A stretch of DNA of 64,000 nt from Chrysomallon squamiferum (taxonomy: Eukaryota; Animalia; Mollusca), in assembly GCA_012295275.1 (NCBI GenBank), contig CM022671.1, forward strand, positions 9,982,001 through 10,046,000, read 5' to 3'. A model generated the notes under the pieces. It did no database searches and was not told the origin of the DNA. It saw only the letters and a program-made list of their open reading frames with translations. Shown piece by piece: positions 13,401 through 27,900 of the stretch (position 1 is the stretch's first letter; each line of letters starts with the position of its first letter). The position numbers and the translations under genes were made by a program.

Positions 13401-14590
13401 TGATTTTATGTTGTCTTCTGTATTTATTTATTTCCAATAAGCTTAGTCCACCACTCAGTGGATATTTTGATAGTGCAGTTTTTGGTTTTAGGTTTGTGTT
13501 TAGAGACAGATGAGTCTATCATGTTGGTAAATGAAGTGCAATGTATGTCAGTTTCGTTTGTGATTTTTACTTTAATATTTTTTTAATGCTTTATAGAATC
13601 CTTCCCAGTCTGCTTTGGTGAAATTTCATTTGGATGTAAATATTGAGTTGTTGGAGAAGGTTTTCTAGTTATAGTAATTTGTGAGTATAGGGTGGTGGTC
13701 ACAATTCAACTCATGTAGAACTTCTCATAGACTCAGTGCTGCAGTGTGTTTGCTGTTAGTGTTAAATCAGTGGTGAACTGGACACACTGGTGAAGGTGAA
13801 TGTAACATCATTAAGACAAACAAGAATGGAAAGACCTGTGTTAGGTGTTTATCATGTGAGAGATATGTGTTGTGTTTGAAACCTTATAATTGTTTTATTA
13901 AAAAATAAATAAATAAAAAATAGATGATCTGAAAATGATCTATGAAGAGATCTGTGTTTCCTTTCATGAACTTTTTTCCTACAATACAGTTCAGTTCAGT
14001 TATTAATGGAATAAGATTTAAAATATTTAATCACATGTCTCTTTAAAAACACATTTCCTCCTTCCATCATAATGCAAAATCAAAAACATATCATATATAT
14101 GTTGTTAAATAAAACATCAATTCCTTCTTTTTCTTATTAACATATATTACATATTATGCTTATTACAATCAATAAGTACTATTATAATGTGTTTTTGTTA
14201 TCATTGCTAATATTACTACTACTGATGCTGCTGCTGTTACTACTACTTTATTATTGTTGTTAATTATTATAATAATAATTATTATTATTATTATTTAATT
14301 TATTTTCATCATTATCATTATTATACATTATAATTATACAGACAAAGAGAGGTAGGTGAATGTAGACGTAGCTGTACAGACAGACAGAAACAATATAAAA
14401 TAGTTTTAAAATTTAAATGAAATAATGACAGAAGAATTTTATTTTTATCATATAAATATGTTATTGGAGTTTTGTTTGATTACACTGGACTATGTACAAG
14501 TATATTTTAATTATCACAACATTCATTGAAATAACTACTTTACATAATAATAGAATGGTTTTGGTGGGGGTCTGATTGTGTGTCTGTGTG

Positions 14591-14593
<3 letters not shown>

Positions 14594-14666
<73 letters not shown>
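14594..14666. repeat. (AG)n microsatellite
   Basis: pure AG run. Confidence 0.98.
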
Positions 14667-14670
<4 letters not shown>

Positions 14671-14882
14671 GCAGGTGTATACATAGAAGACAGACAGCCA
14701 GATAGATTGATACATTGATACTCGGAGAGCAGGTTGACAAAGACATACACATACACACAACATACTCAAATACATTGACAGCAGCATATACATGTAGATA
14801 TAGAGATGAATACACTGATAGATAGATAAACAGAACTGACAATGAGATGGGTACAGGATAGTGTGCTTTGTTATGTTGAGAC

Positions 14883-15090
14883 AGAAAGGATGACAGTAAG
14901 ATGTACAAATGTATAACTGTAGAGATTCTCATGTAGACAAGCAGGTTTATAGAAAGGATGACAGTAACGTACAAATGTATAACTGTAGAGATTCTCATGT
15001 AGACAAGCAGGTTTATAGAAAGGATGACAGTAACATGTACAAATGTATAACTGTAGAGATTCTCATGTAGACAAGCAGGTTTATAGAAAG
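14883..15090. repeat. ~68-bp tandem repeat x3
   Basis: agaaaggatgacagtaacatgtacaaatgtataactgtagagattctcatgtagacaagcaggtttat starting near 14884, 14952, 15018. Confidence 0.92.
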
Positions 15091-15424
15091 AGATTTTTAC
15101 TGGACTTTTGAAACCAGATTTAAAAAATTAATTTAAAAATGACAGTAAATTTACGAATAAATGATGCTGCATGGATACTGAAATATTTTTAATATTTTGA
15201 TATATAGAATTGTAAAAAGAAATTACCTTGAAAAACTGGGTATATTGAAACATCTTTAGTATTCTTAGCTTTTAGGAATTATTTTACTATTAATATGTCA
15301 TTGATACTCCAAACAAACAGCTTTCTATCCACTGCTCTATCCCTATGTTCATTCATAATAATGTTATATCCAAAATGTCCTTATTGTGTCTCTCTACCAA
15401 TCAATTTACTTGGCTACCAGTATG

Positions 15425-15502
<78 letters not shown>

Positions 15503-15525
15503 CATCTATCTATCCATCTATCTAT
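15425..15525. repeat. (TCTA)n / GATA microsatellite
   Basis: pure TCTA run; explains the YLSI ORFs. Confidence 0.97.
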
Positions 15526-17189
15526 AAAACACAGATATACCAACATAAGCACTCTAATCCACTTACTCAAGTACAAAAACCCATCCTCGCTCTCTAACAC
15601 ATGAACTTGCTAACACTTTCTTCCTCATAAACATATGCCTATCAGCTTAGCTCTCTATATATCTCTGTATCTGTCTGTATGCCTCTTATCTTATGTCTTC
15701 CTCTCTGTCAGTCTATCTCGCTAATTATATACCCTTCTCATTATAAACATCTCTCTGTATGTCTGTATCTATGTTTATCAAACTTCCAGTCTATCTTTTC
15801 ATCTTTCTCTCAAAAATACATACACACTCTTACACACACATTATACATATACACCCATTTTCTCTCAATAATAAGAAAACATATTAACACACATACATAC
15901 ATACATATCATATGTAACACTTAGCTAGATGAATGTGACAGTGTAGGAGGGAGACAGGCAAATGCAGATGGTCAAGGAAGGATGAAGTTGTCTTTGTTCT
16001 CCCTGTATTGGTCAGTTGTATTTGACAATATGTTAAGTTTTGACTAATTTACATCACTGTTAGTGTATATTAACAGACAGTCACATTTTGATGGATTGTT
16101 CTCATTTACAATCATCTAAACATCTTTACACTTTACATCTTATTGAAACATAGAATATTTATTTGTCAAAATAGATTATTTTTCTGTTCTTATTATCAAT
16201 AGATTATTTTTCTGTTCTTATTATCATTATAACATAATTTATTTTATGTTTTTTTAATCTTTTCTATTTACTATTTACATTTTTTGATATTGTCATTTTA
16301 TTTTAAAGAGTAATTAGTGGTATTCAGAGGTTGTTAAATGTACAAATAGTGAGAGTGAGTATGTGAGATACTGATTTGTCTTCACAGACATCTTATAAAG
16401 TACACACAAACACACTCTATGGTGTCACACAGTTAGAACAAAATGTTTTATATATCAATATATCATCCTGTAATTAACCACATTTCTGCCCATCCAACTA
16501 CATGTGCTTCTATTCATTTATTCTTTCATTCATCCAGAATTTATAACATCCAGTGATTTATTCTATTTGGATATTATGTGAATGTATCATCCCTTCCATG
16601 ATGTATAATCGCATATTTACTATTGCTGTAATACACATGGACATACATGTGCTCATATCCAGACAAATATACGTGTGCTTATATGCAGAAAAAATATACA
16701 AACACACATAAACAGTCATGTTTTAAACTAATCACATATTCATATAGACAGCCATATACTCGCCAACAATAACTTGTATATACACATAATATGCAAACAG
16801 ACTAACACACACACACACACACACACATACACACTGTAGTTGACATATATCATTCAAAGACACTCTATGTATCTGTTCTTTCTGATTAACATACCATCTC
16901 TTTCCATGTCTCTTTAAATTCCTGCCTTTTACAGTCAATTTTGGTATTACTTGCATACTACTGCTTTAGAGCCACGATGTAACTTTGTTATCTTAAGACT
17001 GAAACCAGTTATACCCTTTTATATAAATATAGTCTAATAAAAAGAAACGCAAAAAAGTAGATTTTATTGACATTGGGAATATCTATCTAATGGATCAACA
17101 GAAAGCAGCATTATACACACACTTTCGCAATTCATTAATATTGATGGTATTACATTGAAAAGGTTAAAGTTCAAGCTTATAACATCAAT

Positions 17190-17350
17190 ATAATATCTAA
17201 ACCGTGTGTGCCCACCATGGGAGTCGAGAACTGCCTGACATCTCCTTCCCATGGCAGTAATGACATTACGAATTACACCTTGTGGAATGGTGGCCCACTA
17301 TGTCTGTAGTAATAATGCCAGCTGAGCACGATTCTGTGGCTGTAGTTTAT
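17190..17350 (-). mobile_element. Tc1 transposase C-terminal remnant
   Basis: minus strand reads PQNRAQLALLLQT*WATIPQGVIRNVITAMGRRCQAVLDSHGGHTRF, matching the Tc1 C-terminus W..IP...I..LI.SM.RRC.AV....GG.T.Y. Confidence 0.85.
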
Positions 17351-17585
17351 CTGCCTCAGTTGTCTGAGTATATATATGTGTGTGCAAACATACAGAAATA
17401 TAGGGAGATTTGAAGGAGATATGTGGGTCTGTAGACAAGAAGATGTTTAAATGACTGATAGATGTTATTGATATAAAATGCTAGGTAGGTTAATTATGTA
17501 GATAGACTAAGAAATTGTGTACATAGATATACATATAGATAGTTGACAACTGCATGCATATGCATCGAAAGTGCATATATGTGAA

Positions 17586-17630
<45 letters not shown>

Positions 17631-18565
17631 CCAGTGATTGATAAGGATCGCTAAATATGGGAAATGTGAATGAGAGTTATAAATGGACAGTAACACAGAA
17701 AGATAGATATAAAAAGTAGTTATAATAATTTAGGGAGATAGGAAGATGAATAGGTGATTCATGGATGGTTATTGATGGATTGTAATATTGATGGATAGAG
17801 AAATATATATATGTAGGGAGGCATTTACTTAGAGTTCAATGGATGGATAAATAGATAGATAGAAAGCAAATATGATGGTAAAGTGGATATGATTATGTAT
17901 ATGTACATAGATAAATACACACAGAGACAGACAGCAGACGGAGAGGATTGGATCCATGTTTGGATCGAGTTGGTGACGAACTGATAACTTAAAGGTAGAT
18001 ATCCAGAGATAAATACATAGGTTATATAGACAGATGAACAGAGATAATACACATAGATTATATATATATATATATAGATAGATAGATAAATATATAGAAA
18101 TAAATAGATAGATTATATAGACAGACATATAGAAATATATACAGATAGATTATGTAGATAGATATACAGAGATAAATACAGATAGATTATATAGATACAT
18201 ATAGAGAGATAAATACAGATAGATAATAAAGATAGATAAAAAGAGATAAATACAGAAAGATGTAACTATTTATATATTCACACACAGAAATAACGTGTAT
18301 AGGAATGATAATGTATTTGTGTGTTTAAAGATGATTAGCATGTATATGTACCTACATATATGTATGTGTGTGTGCCAGTGTATAAAAGGGTGGATAGAGA
18401 GGTAAATTGATAGACAGAAGAAAGCTAGATAGTTTACTAGAAAGATAGATAGATGCAAGGAGGTGTATATACTGCACAACTGTAAGAAAGACTGAGTCTG
18501 TTGCTTATATATATGGGATAAATAGATAAAAAGAATGTATTTAAATAATTAAATACGATACAAAT

Positions 18566-18616
<51 letters not shown>

Positions 18617-18949
18617 GTGCAAGATAGACTGTGCTATTTGTAACCGAGAGAGTAACATTGATTGATGAAGAGATAGTTAGACGTATTGATTGCTTGACAA
18701 ATAGATTGATAGGTTAAGTAGACAGTAATTAGTTACATATATATATATATATAGATATATACAGATTAACATAGATAAATTGATGTGTATGTGTCTTTCT
18801 GTATGTATAAATGTGTTAGAGAGAATGGGTATATAAACGTGTGAAAGTGATTTTTGTGGATTTTTCAGAAAGTCAAATAATTGATAGACAGATGATAGAT
18901 AAAATATTAAAAAATAAATGAATAGTGAATAGGTTTATGTATGTATATG

Positions 18950-21900
18950 TATATAGAGTTATCTCCCTTTAACAGGAAAACGATTTTTCACTATCCTTAT
19001 CATATTTCAAGTTCAGAGTTATATCAATATCTAAATTTTCTTTTTGTAAATTTTAGATTTCAACAAATTAGATATTTTCAACATTTAATTATTATTATTA
19101 ATATAAAAAAAATCTTATTTACTTTTTATATATTGATATACTAATATAACAAATAAAGATATCCTATAAATATTTCCATCTGATCTATAATTTTAATGTA
19201 AAAATCAATCATTATTTAAAATGCTTATCAAATGATTAAACAGTGTCCACTAATTAAATTCAATTAAATTATTGGATTCCATTGGTTGAAAACACACCTG
19301 AACATTAATCACAAGCGAATATATTGACATATAGAGTTATCTCCCTTTAGCATGAAAACGAATAACCTCTCGGATAGAGTTATCTCCCTTTGTAGCATTT
19401 TTCTGCTTGATTATTCAGGTTATAACGAACATATTCTTATATAGAGTTATCTCCCTTTAGCATGAAAACGAATAACCTCTCGGATAGAGTTATCTCCCCT
19501 TTGGTGCATTTTTCTGCTTGATTATTCAGGTTAAAACGAACATATTCTTATATAGAGTTATCTCCCTTTAGCATGAAAACGAATAACCTCTCGGATAGAG
19601 TTATCTCCCCTTCGTTGCATTTTTCTGCTTGATTATTCAGGTTAAAACGAACATATTCTTATATAGAGTTATCTCCCTTTAGCATGAAAACGAATAACCT
19701 ATCGGATAGAGTTATCTCCCCTTCGTTGCATTTTTCTGCTTGATTATTCAGGTTAAAACGAACATATTCTTATATAGAGTTATCTCCCTTTAGCATGAAA
19801 ACGAATAACCTAATTATCTCCTTCGGATAAACGAACATTATTCTCCCTTTTTAGCATGAAAACGAATAACCTCTCGGATAGAGTTATCTCCCTTTGTTGC
19901 ATTTTCCTCCTTGATTATTCAGGATAAAACGAATATATTCTTACATAGCGTTATCTACCCTTGTTACTGTTTATACTTTGATTATTCAGAAAGGGGAGAT
20001 AACACCATCCCTGAATTTATTCGTTTTCATATTAAAGGGACGTAACTCTATTTGCGAATATATTCGCTTGTGACTATTAGTAAGGGATATTTTGTTTAAT
20101 ATAATAAATAAAATAAGTCAAATCAAAAAAATGAAAAAGATAAATTATCACTTTTCATTAAGTATATATATAATTAAATTTTAAGACTATATATTAAATT
20201 ATTAAATAATTGATAATTTTGATAATAATATTAAACGAAAAATAACAAATAATGGCATAATGAATCAATAATAAATTTATTATTACATTAAATATTTTCA
20301 CAAACATTGATGAATCTTCTATTCAGATATTTCCACAAATTGATTTCATATCAAGTAATTCTGATAAACCCTTTTATAATGTAAGAAAGGAGAGATAACT
20401 CCATCCGAGATAGTATTCGTTTTCATATTAAAGGGAAATAACTCTATTTGTGAATATATTCGCTGGTAACTATTATTAAGAAATATTTTATTTAATATAA
20501 TAAATATTCATTTGTTACTCCTTTTACCATCGGACAAAAGTATAGTGTAGAAAACAATTCTTGTACTTTTAAGTTTTCACTATCCTTATCATATTTCAAG
20601 TTCAGAGTTATATCAAAATGTAAATTTTCTTTTTGTAAATTTTAGATTTCAACAAATTAGATATTTTCAACATTGAATTATTATTATTAATATAAAAAAA
20701 AAAATTTATTTACCTTTTATATATTGATATACTAATATAACAAATAAAGAACATCCTATAAATATTTCCATCTGATCTATAATTTTAATGTAAAAAAATC
20801 AATCATTATTTAAAATACTTATCAAATGATTAAACAGTGTCCACTAATTAAATTCAATTAAATTATTGGATTCCATTGGTTGAAAACACACCTGAACATT
20901 AATCACAAGCGAATATATTGACATATAGAGTTATCTCCCTTTAGCATGAAAACGAATAACCTCTCGGATAGAGTTATCTCCTTTTGTAGCATTTTTCTGC
21001 TTGATTATTCAGGTTATAACGAACATATTCTTATATAGAGTTATCTCCCCTTTAGCATGAAAACGAATAACCTATCGGATAGAGTTATCTCCCCTTCGTT
21101 GCATTTTTTTTCTGCTTGATTATTCAGGTTAAAACGAACATATTCTTATATAGAGTTATCTTCCTTTAGCATGAAAACGAATAACCTCTCGGATAGAGGT
21201 ATCTCCCCTTCGTTGCATTTTTCTGCTTGATTATTCAGGTTAAAACGAACATATTCTTATATAGAGTTATCTCCCTTTAGCATGAAAACGAATAACCTCT
21301 CGGATAGAGTTATCTCCCTTTGTTGCATTATTGAAACAGCTTAAAGAATGAACAAAAAAAAAAAAATGAATAAAAAAAAAAAATCTAAGGAAACAGAACG
21401 AAACTATTTAAACGGAGCATTCTTTTCAGACTTTATTCATAATAAAATATAAAATCGTATGTGGACTGCATTGATTATCATGATAGGAATTTCCATACTG
21501 AATTTCTTTATTTGATTACTGACAAAGAAAACAGAGAATACTGACTGACTGAAGAAAAAAAATAAATAAATAAAAGCTTATGCGAAATATGTTCACTGAT
21601 ATATTTAGAATCGCCTCCCTTATGTGAGAAGTGTTCACTTCTATATTTAGAGTTACTTTCCCTATGTGAGATGTGTTCACTGGTATATTTAGAGTCGCCT
21701 CCCCTTATGTGAGATGTGTTCACTGGTATTTAGAGTCACCTCCCTATGTGATATGTGTTCACTGGTATATTTGGAGTGGCCTCCCTTATGTGAGATGTGT
21801 TCACTGGTATTTAGAGTCACCTCCCTATGTGTTATGTGTTCACTGGTATATTTGGAGTGGTCTCCCTTATGTGAGATGTGTTCACTGGTATTTAGAGTCA

Positions 21901-24900
21901 CCTCCCTTATGTGAGATGTGTTCACTGGTATTTTGAGTCGCCTCCCTTATGTGAGATGTGTTCACTGGTATATTTGGAGTGGCCTCCCTTATGTGAGATG
22001 TGTTCACTGGTATTAAGAAAATAAGATAGAAAGCTCCAACACAAAAAAAGCAAAATAAATAATCAGTGAGAGAAGAGTGTTTAAACTGATTAAAGTATTT
22101 CATAAATAAATAATAAAGAAATGGTAGCACGTAGAAAAAAGAAGGAAGAATGGAATGAAAAAGATAGGAAATAAAAAAGATGGAAAAAAAAAGAAAAAGA
22201 AAAGAAGGAAGATCGAAAAAAAAGAAGGACAGAAAGAAAAGAAAGATAGGAAAGAAAGAAAGAAAGAAAGAAAGAAAATATTGAAGCAGCTTAAAGAATG
22301 AACAAAAATGAATAAAAAAAGAAAAGAACTAACTTAACAGAATGAAGCGTGGTACTATTTAAATGCAGCATTCTTTTAACTTTTATTCATAATAAAATAT
22401 AAAATCGTATGTGGACTGCATTGATTAGCAGGATAACAATTTCCATACTGAAGAAAAAAAATAAATAAATAAAAGCTTATGCGAAATATGTTCACTGATA
22501 TATTTAGAGTAGCCTCCCTTATGCGAGAAGTGTTCACTTCTATATTTAGAGTTACTTTCCCTATGTGAGATGTATTCACTGGTATTTAGAGTCGCCTCCC
22601 CTATGTGACATGTGTTCACTGGTATAACTAGAGTTGCCTCCCCTATGTGAGATGTGTTCACTGGTATATTTGGAGTGGCCTCCCTTATGTGAGATGTGTT
22701 CACTGGTATTAAGAAAATAAGATAGAAAACTCGAATACAAAAGCTCAACAAAATAATCAGTGAAAGCAGAGTGTTTAAACTGATTAAAGTATTTCATAAA
22801 TAAATAATAAAGAAATGGTAACACGTAGAAAAAAGAAGGAAGGATGGAATGAAAGATAGGAAATAAAAGATGGAAAAGAGAGAAAGAAAAGAAAGAAAGA
22901 AAGATAGAAAAGAAAGAAGGAAAGAAAGAAAGAAAATATTGAAACAGCTTAAAGAATGAACAAAAATGAATAAGAAAAGAAAAGAAAAATCTAAGGAAAC
23001 AGAACAAAGAGTGGTACTATTTAAACGCAGCATTCTTTTCAGATTTTATTAATGATAAAATATAAAATGGTATGTGGACTGCATTGATTATCAGGATAAG
23101 AATTTACATACTAAATTCATTTGATTACTGAGAAAGAAAACAGAGAATACTGACTGACTGAAGAAAAAATAAATAAATAAAAGCTTATGCGAAATACGTT
23201 CACTGATATATTTAGAATCGCCTCCCTTATGCGAGACGTGTTCACTTCTATATTCAGAGTTACTTTCCCTATGTGAGATGTGTTCACTGGTATATTTTGA
23301 GTCGCCTCCCTTATGTGAGATGTGTTCACTGGTATTTAGAGTCACCTCCCCTATGTGATATGTGTTCACTGGTATATTTGGAGTGGCCTCCCTTATGTGA
23401 GATGTGTTCACTGGTATTTAGAGTCACCTCCCTTATGTGAGATGTGTTCACTGGTATTTAGAGTCACCTCCCCCCCTGTGATATGTGTTCACTGGTATAT
23501 TTGGAGTGGCCTCCCTTATGTGAGATGTGTTCACTGGTATTTAGAGTCACCTCCCTTATGTGAGATGTGTTCACTGGTATTTTGAGTCGCCTCCCTTATG
23601 TGAGATGTGTTCACTGGTATATTTGGAGTGGCCTCCCTTATGTGAGATGTGTTCACTGGTATTAAGAAAATAAGATTTTCCTCCTTGATTATTCAGGATA
23701 AAACGAATATATTCTTACATAGCGTTATCTACCCTTGTTACTGTTTATACTTTGATTATTCAGAAAGGGGAGATAACTCCATCCCTGAATTTATTCGTTT
23801 TCATATTAAAGGGACGTAACTCTATTTGCGAATATATTCGCTTGTGACTATTTGTAAGGGATATTTTGTTTAATATAATAAATAAAATAAGTCAAATAAA
23901 AAAATGAAAAAGATAAATTATCAGTTTTCATTAAGTATATATATAATTAAATTTTAAGACTATATATTAAATTATTAAATAATTGATAATTTTGATAATA
24001 ATATTAAACGAAAAATAACAAATAATGGCATAATGAATCAATAATAAATTTATTATTACATTAAATATTTTCACAAACATTGATGAATCTTCTATTCAGA
24101 TATTTCCACAAATTGATTTCATATCAAGTAATTCTGATAAACCCTTTTATAATGTAAGAAAGGAGAGATAACTCCATCCGAGAAAGTATTCGTTTTCATA
24201 TTAAAGGGAAATAACTATTTGTGAATATATTCGCTGGTAACTATTATTAAGAAATATTTTATTTAATATAATAAATATTCATTTGTTACTCCTTTTACCA
24301 TCGGACAAAAGTATAGTGTAGAAAACAATTCTTGTACTTTTAAGTTTTCACTATCCTTATCATATTTCAAGTTCAGAGTTATATCAAAATGTAAATTTTC
24401 TTTTTGTAAATTTTAGATTTCAACAAATTAGATATTTTCAACATTGAATTATTATTATTAATATAAAAAAAAATGTTATTTACCTTTTATATATTGATAT
24501 ACTAATATAACAAATAAAGAACATCCTATAAATATTTCCATCTGATCTATAATTTTAATGTAAAAATCAATCATTATTTAAAATGCTTATCAAATGATTA
24601 AACAGTGTCCACTAATTAAATTCAATTAAATTATTGGATTCCATTGGTTGAAAACACACCTGAACATTAATCACAAGCGAATATATTGACATATAGAGTT
24701 ATCTCCCTTTAGCATGAAAACGAATAACCTCTCGGATAGAGTTATCTCCCTTTGTAGCATTTTTCTGCTTGATTATTCAGGTTATAACGAACATATTCTT
24801 ATATAGAGTTATCTCCCTTTAGCATGAAAACGAATAACCTCTCGGATAGAGTTATCTCCCCTTTGGTGCATTTTTCTGCTTGATTATTCAGGTTAAAACG

Positions 24901-27900
24901 AACATATTCTTATATAGAGTTATCTCCCTTTAGCATGAAAACGAATAACCTCTCGGATAGAGTTATCTCCCCTTTGTTGCATTTTTCTGCTTGATTATTC
25001 AGGTTAAAACGAACATATTCTTATATAGAGTTATCTCCCTTTAGCATGAAAACGAATAACCTATCGGATAGAGTTATCTCCCCTTCGTTGCATTTTTCTG
25101 CTTGATTATTCAGGTTAAAACGAACATATTCTTATATAGAGTTATCTCCCTTTAGCATGAAAACGAATAACCTATCGGATAGAGTTATCTCCCCTTCGTT
25201 GCATTTTTCTGCTTGATTATTCAGGTTAAAACGAACATATTCTTATATAGAGTTATCTCCCTTTAGCATGAAAACGAATAACCTCTCGGATAGAGTTATC
25301 TCCCTTTGTTGCATTTTCCTCCTTGATTATTCAGGATAAAACGAATATATTCTTACATAGCGTTATCTACCCTTGTTACTGTTTATACTTTGATTATTCA
25401 GAAAGGGGAGATAACACCATCCCTGAATTTATTCGTTTTCATATTAAAGGGACGTAACTCTATTTGCGAATATATTCGCTTGTGACTATTAGTAAGGGAT
25501 ATTTTGTTTAATATAATAAATAAAATAAGTCAAATCAAAAAAATGAAAAAGATAAATTATCACTTTTCATTAAGTATATATATAATTAAATTTTAAGACT
25601 ATATATTAAATTATTAAATAATTGATAATTTTGATAATAATATTAAACGAAAAATAACAAATAATGGCATAATGAATCAATAATAAATTTATTATTACAT
25701 TAAATATTTTCACAAACATTGATGAATCTTCTATTCAGATATTTCCACAAATTGATTTCATATCAAGTAATTCTGATAAACCCTTTTATAATGTAAGAAA
25801 GGAGAGATAACTCCATCCGAGATAGTATTCGTTTTCATATTAAAGGGAAATAACTCTATTTGTGAATATATTCGCTGGTAACTATTATTAAGAAATATTT
25901 TATTTAATATAATAAATATTCATTTGTTACTCCTTTTACCATCGGACAAAAGTATAGTGTAGAAAACAATTCTTGTACTTTTAAGTTTTCACTATCCTTA
26001 TCATATTTCAAGTTCAGAGTTATATCAAAATGTAAATTTTCTTTTTGTAAATTTTAGATTTCAACAAATTAGATATTTTCAACATTGAATTATTATTATT
26101 AATATAAAAAAAAAAATTTATTTACCTTTTATATATTGATATACTAATATAACAAATAAAGAACATCCTATAAATATTTCCATCTGATCTATAATTTTAA
26201 TGTAAAAATCAATCATTATTTAAAATACTTATCAAATGATTAAACAGTGTCCACTAATTAAATTCAATTAAATTATTGGATTCCATTGGTTGAAAACACA
26301 CCTGAACATTAATCACAAGCGAATATATTGACATATAGAGTTATCTCCCTTTAGCATGAAAACGAATAACCTCTCGGATAGAGTTATCTCCTTTTGTAGC
26401 ATTTTTCTGCTTGATTATTCAGGTTATAACGAACATATTCTTATATAGAGTTATCTCCCTTTAGCATGAAAACGAATAACCTATCGGATAGAGTTATCTC
26501 CCCTTCGTTGCATTTTTCTGCTTGATTATTCAGGTTAAAACGAACATATTCTTATATAGAGTTATCTTCCTTTAGCATGAAAACGAATAACCTCTCGGAT
26601 AGAGGTATCTCCCCTTCGTTGCATTTTTCTGCTTGATTATTCAGGTTAAAACGAACATATTCTTATATAGAGTTATCTCCCTTTAGCATGAAAACGAATA
26701 ACCTCTCGGATAGAGTTATCTCCCTTTGTTGCATTATTGAAACAGCTTAAAGAATGAACAAAAATGAAAAAATGAATAAAAAAAGAAAAATCTAAGGAAA
26801 CAGAACGAAACTATTTAAACGGAGCATTCTTTTCAGACTTTATTCATAATAAAATATAAAATCGTATGTGGACTGCATTGATTATCATGATAGGAATTTC
26901 CATACTGAATTTCTTTATTTGATTACTGACAAAGAAAACAGAGAATACTGACTGACTGAAGAAAAAATAAATAAATAAAAGCTTATGCGAAATATGTTCA
27001 CTGATATATTTAGAATCGCCTCCCTTATGTGAGAAGTGTTCACTTCTATATTTAGAGTTACTTTCCCTATGTGAGATGTGTTCACTGGTATATTTAGAGT
27101 CGCCTCCCTTATGTGAGATGTGTTCACTGGTATTTAGAGTCACCTCCCCTATGTGATATGTGTTCACTGGTATATTTGGAGTGGCCTCCCTTATGTGAGA
27201 TGTGTTCACTGGTATTTAGAGTCACCTCCCCTATGTGTTATGTGTTCACTGGTATATTTGGAGTCGCTCCCTTATGTGAGATGTGTTCACTGGTATTTAG
27301 AGTCACCTCCCTTATGTGAGATGTGTTCACTGGTATTTTGAGTCGCCTCCCTTATGTGAGATGTGTTCACTGGTATATTTGGAGTGGCCTCCCTTATGTG
27401 AGATGTGTTCACTGGTATTAAGAAAATAAGATAGAAAGCTCCAACACAAAAGCTCAAATAAATAATCAGTGAGAGAAGAGTGTTTAAACTGATTAAAGTA
27501 TTTCATAAATAAATAATAAAGAAATGGTAGCACGTAGAAAAAAGAAGGAAGAATGGAATGAAAGATAGGAAATAAAAGATGGAAAAGAAAAAAGAAATGA
27601 AAGAAAGGAAGATCGAAAAGAAAGAAGGACAGAAAGAAAAGAAAGAAGGAAAGAAAGAAAGGAAGAAAATATTGAAGCAGCTTAAAGAATGAACAAAAAT
27701 GAATAAAAAAGAAAAGAACTAACTTAACAGAATGAAGCGTGGTACTATTTAAATGCAGCATTCTTTTAACTTTTATTCATAATAAAATATAAAATCGTAT
27801 GTGGACTGCATTGATTAGCAGGATAACAATTTCCATACTGAAGAAAAAATAAATAAATAAAAGCTTATGCGAAATATGTTCACTGATATATTTAGAGTAG

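Noticed and set aside
14300-18940. Many Tyr/Leu/Ser/Ile-rich ORFs
   Set aside because: They derive from degenerate GATA/GACA/GT/AG microsatellite sequence
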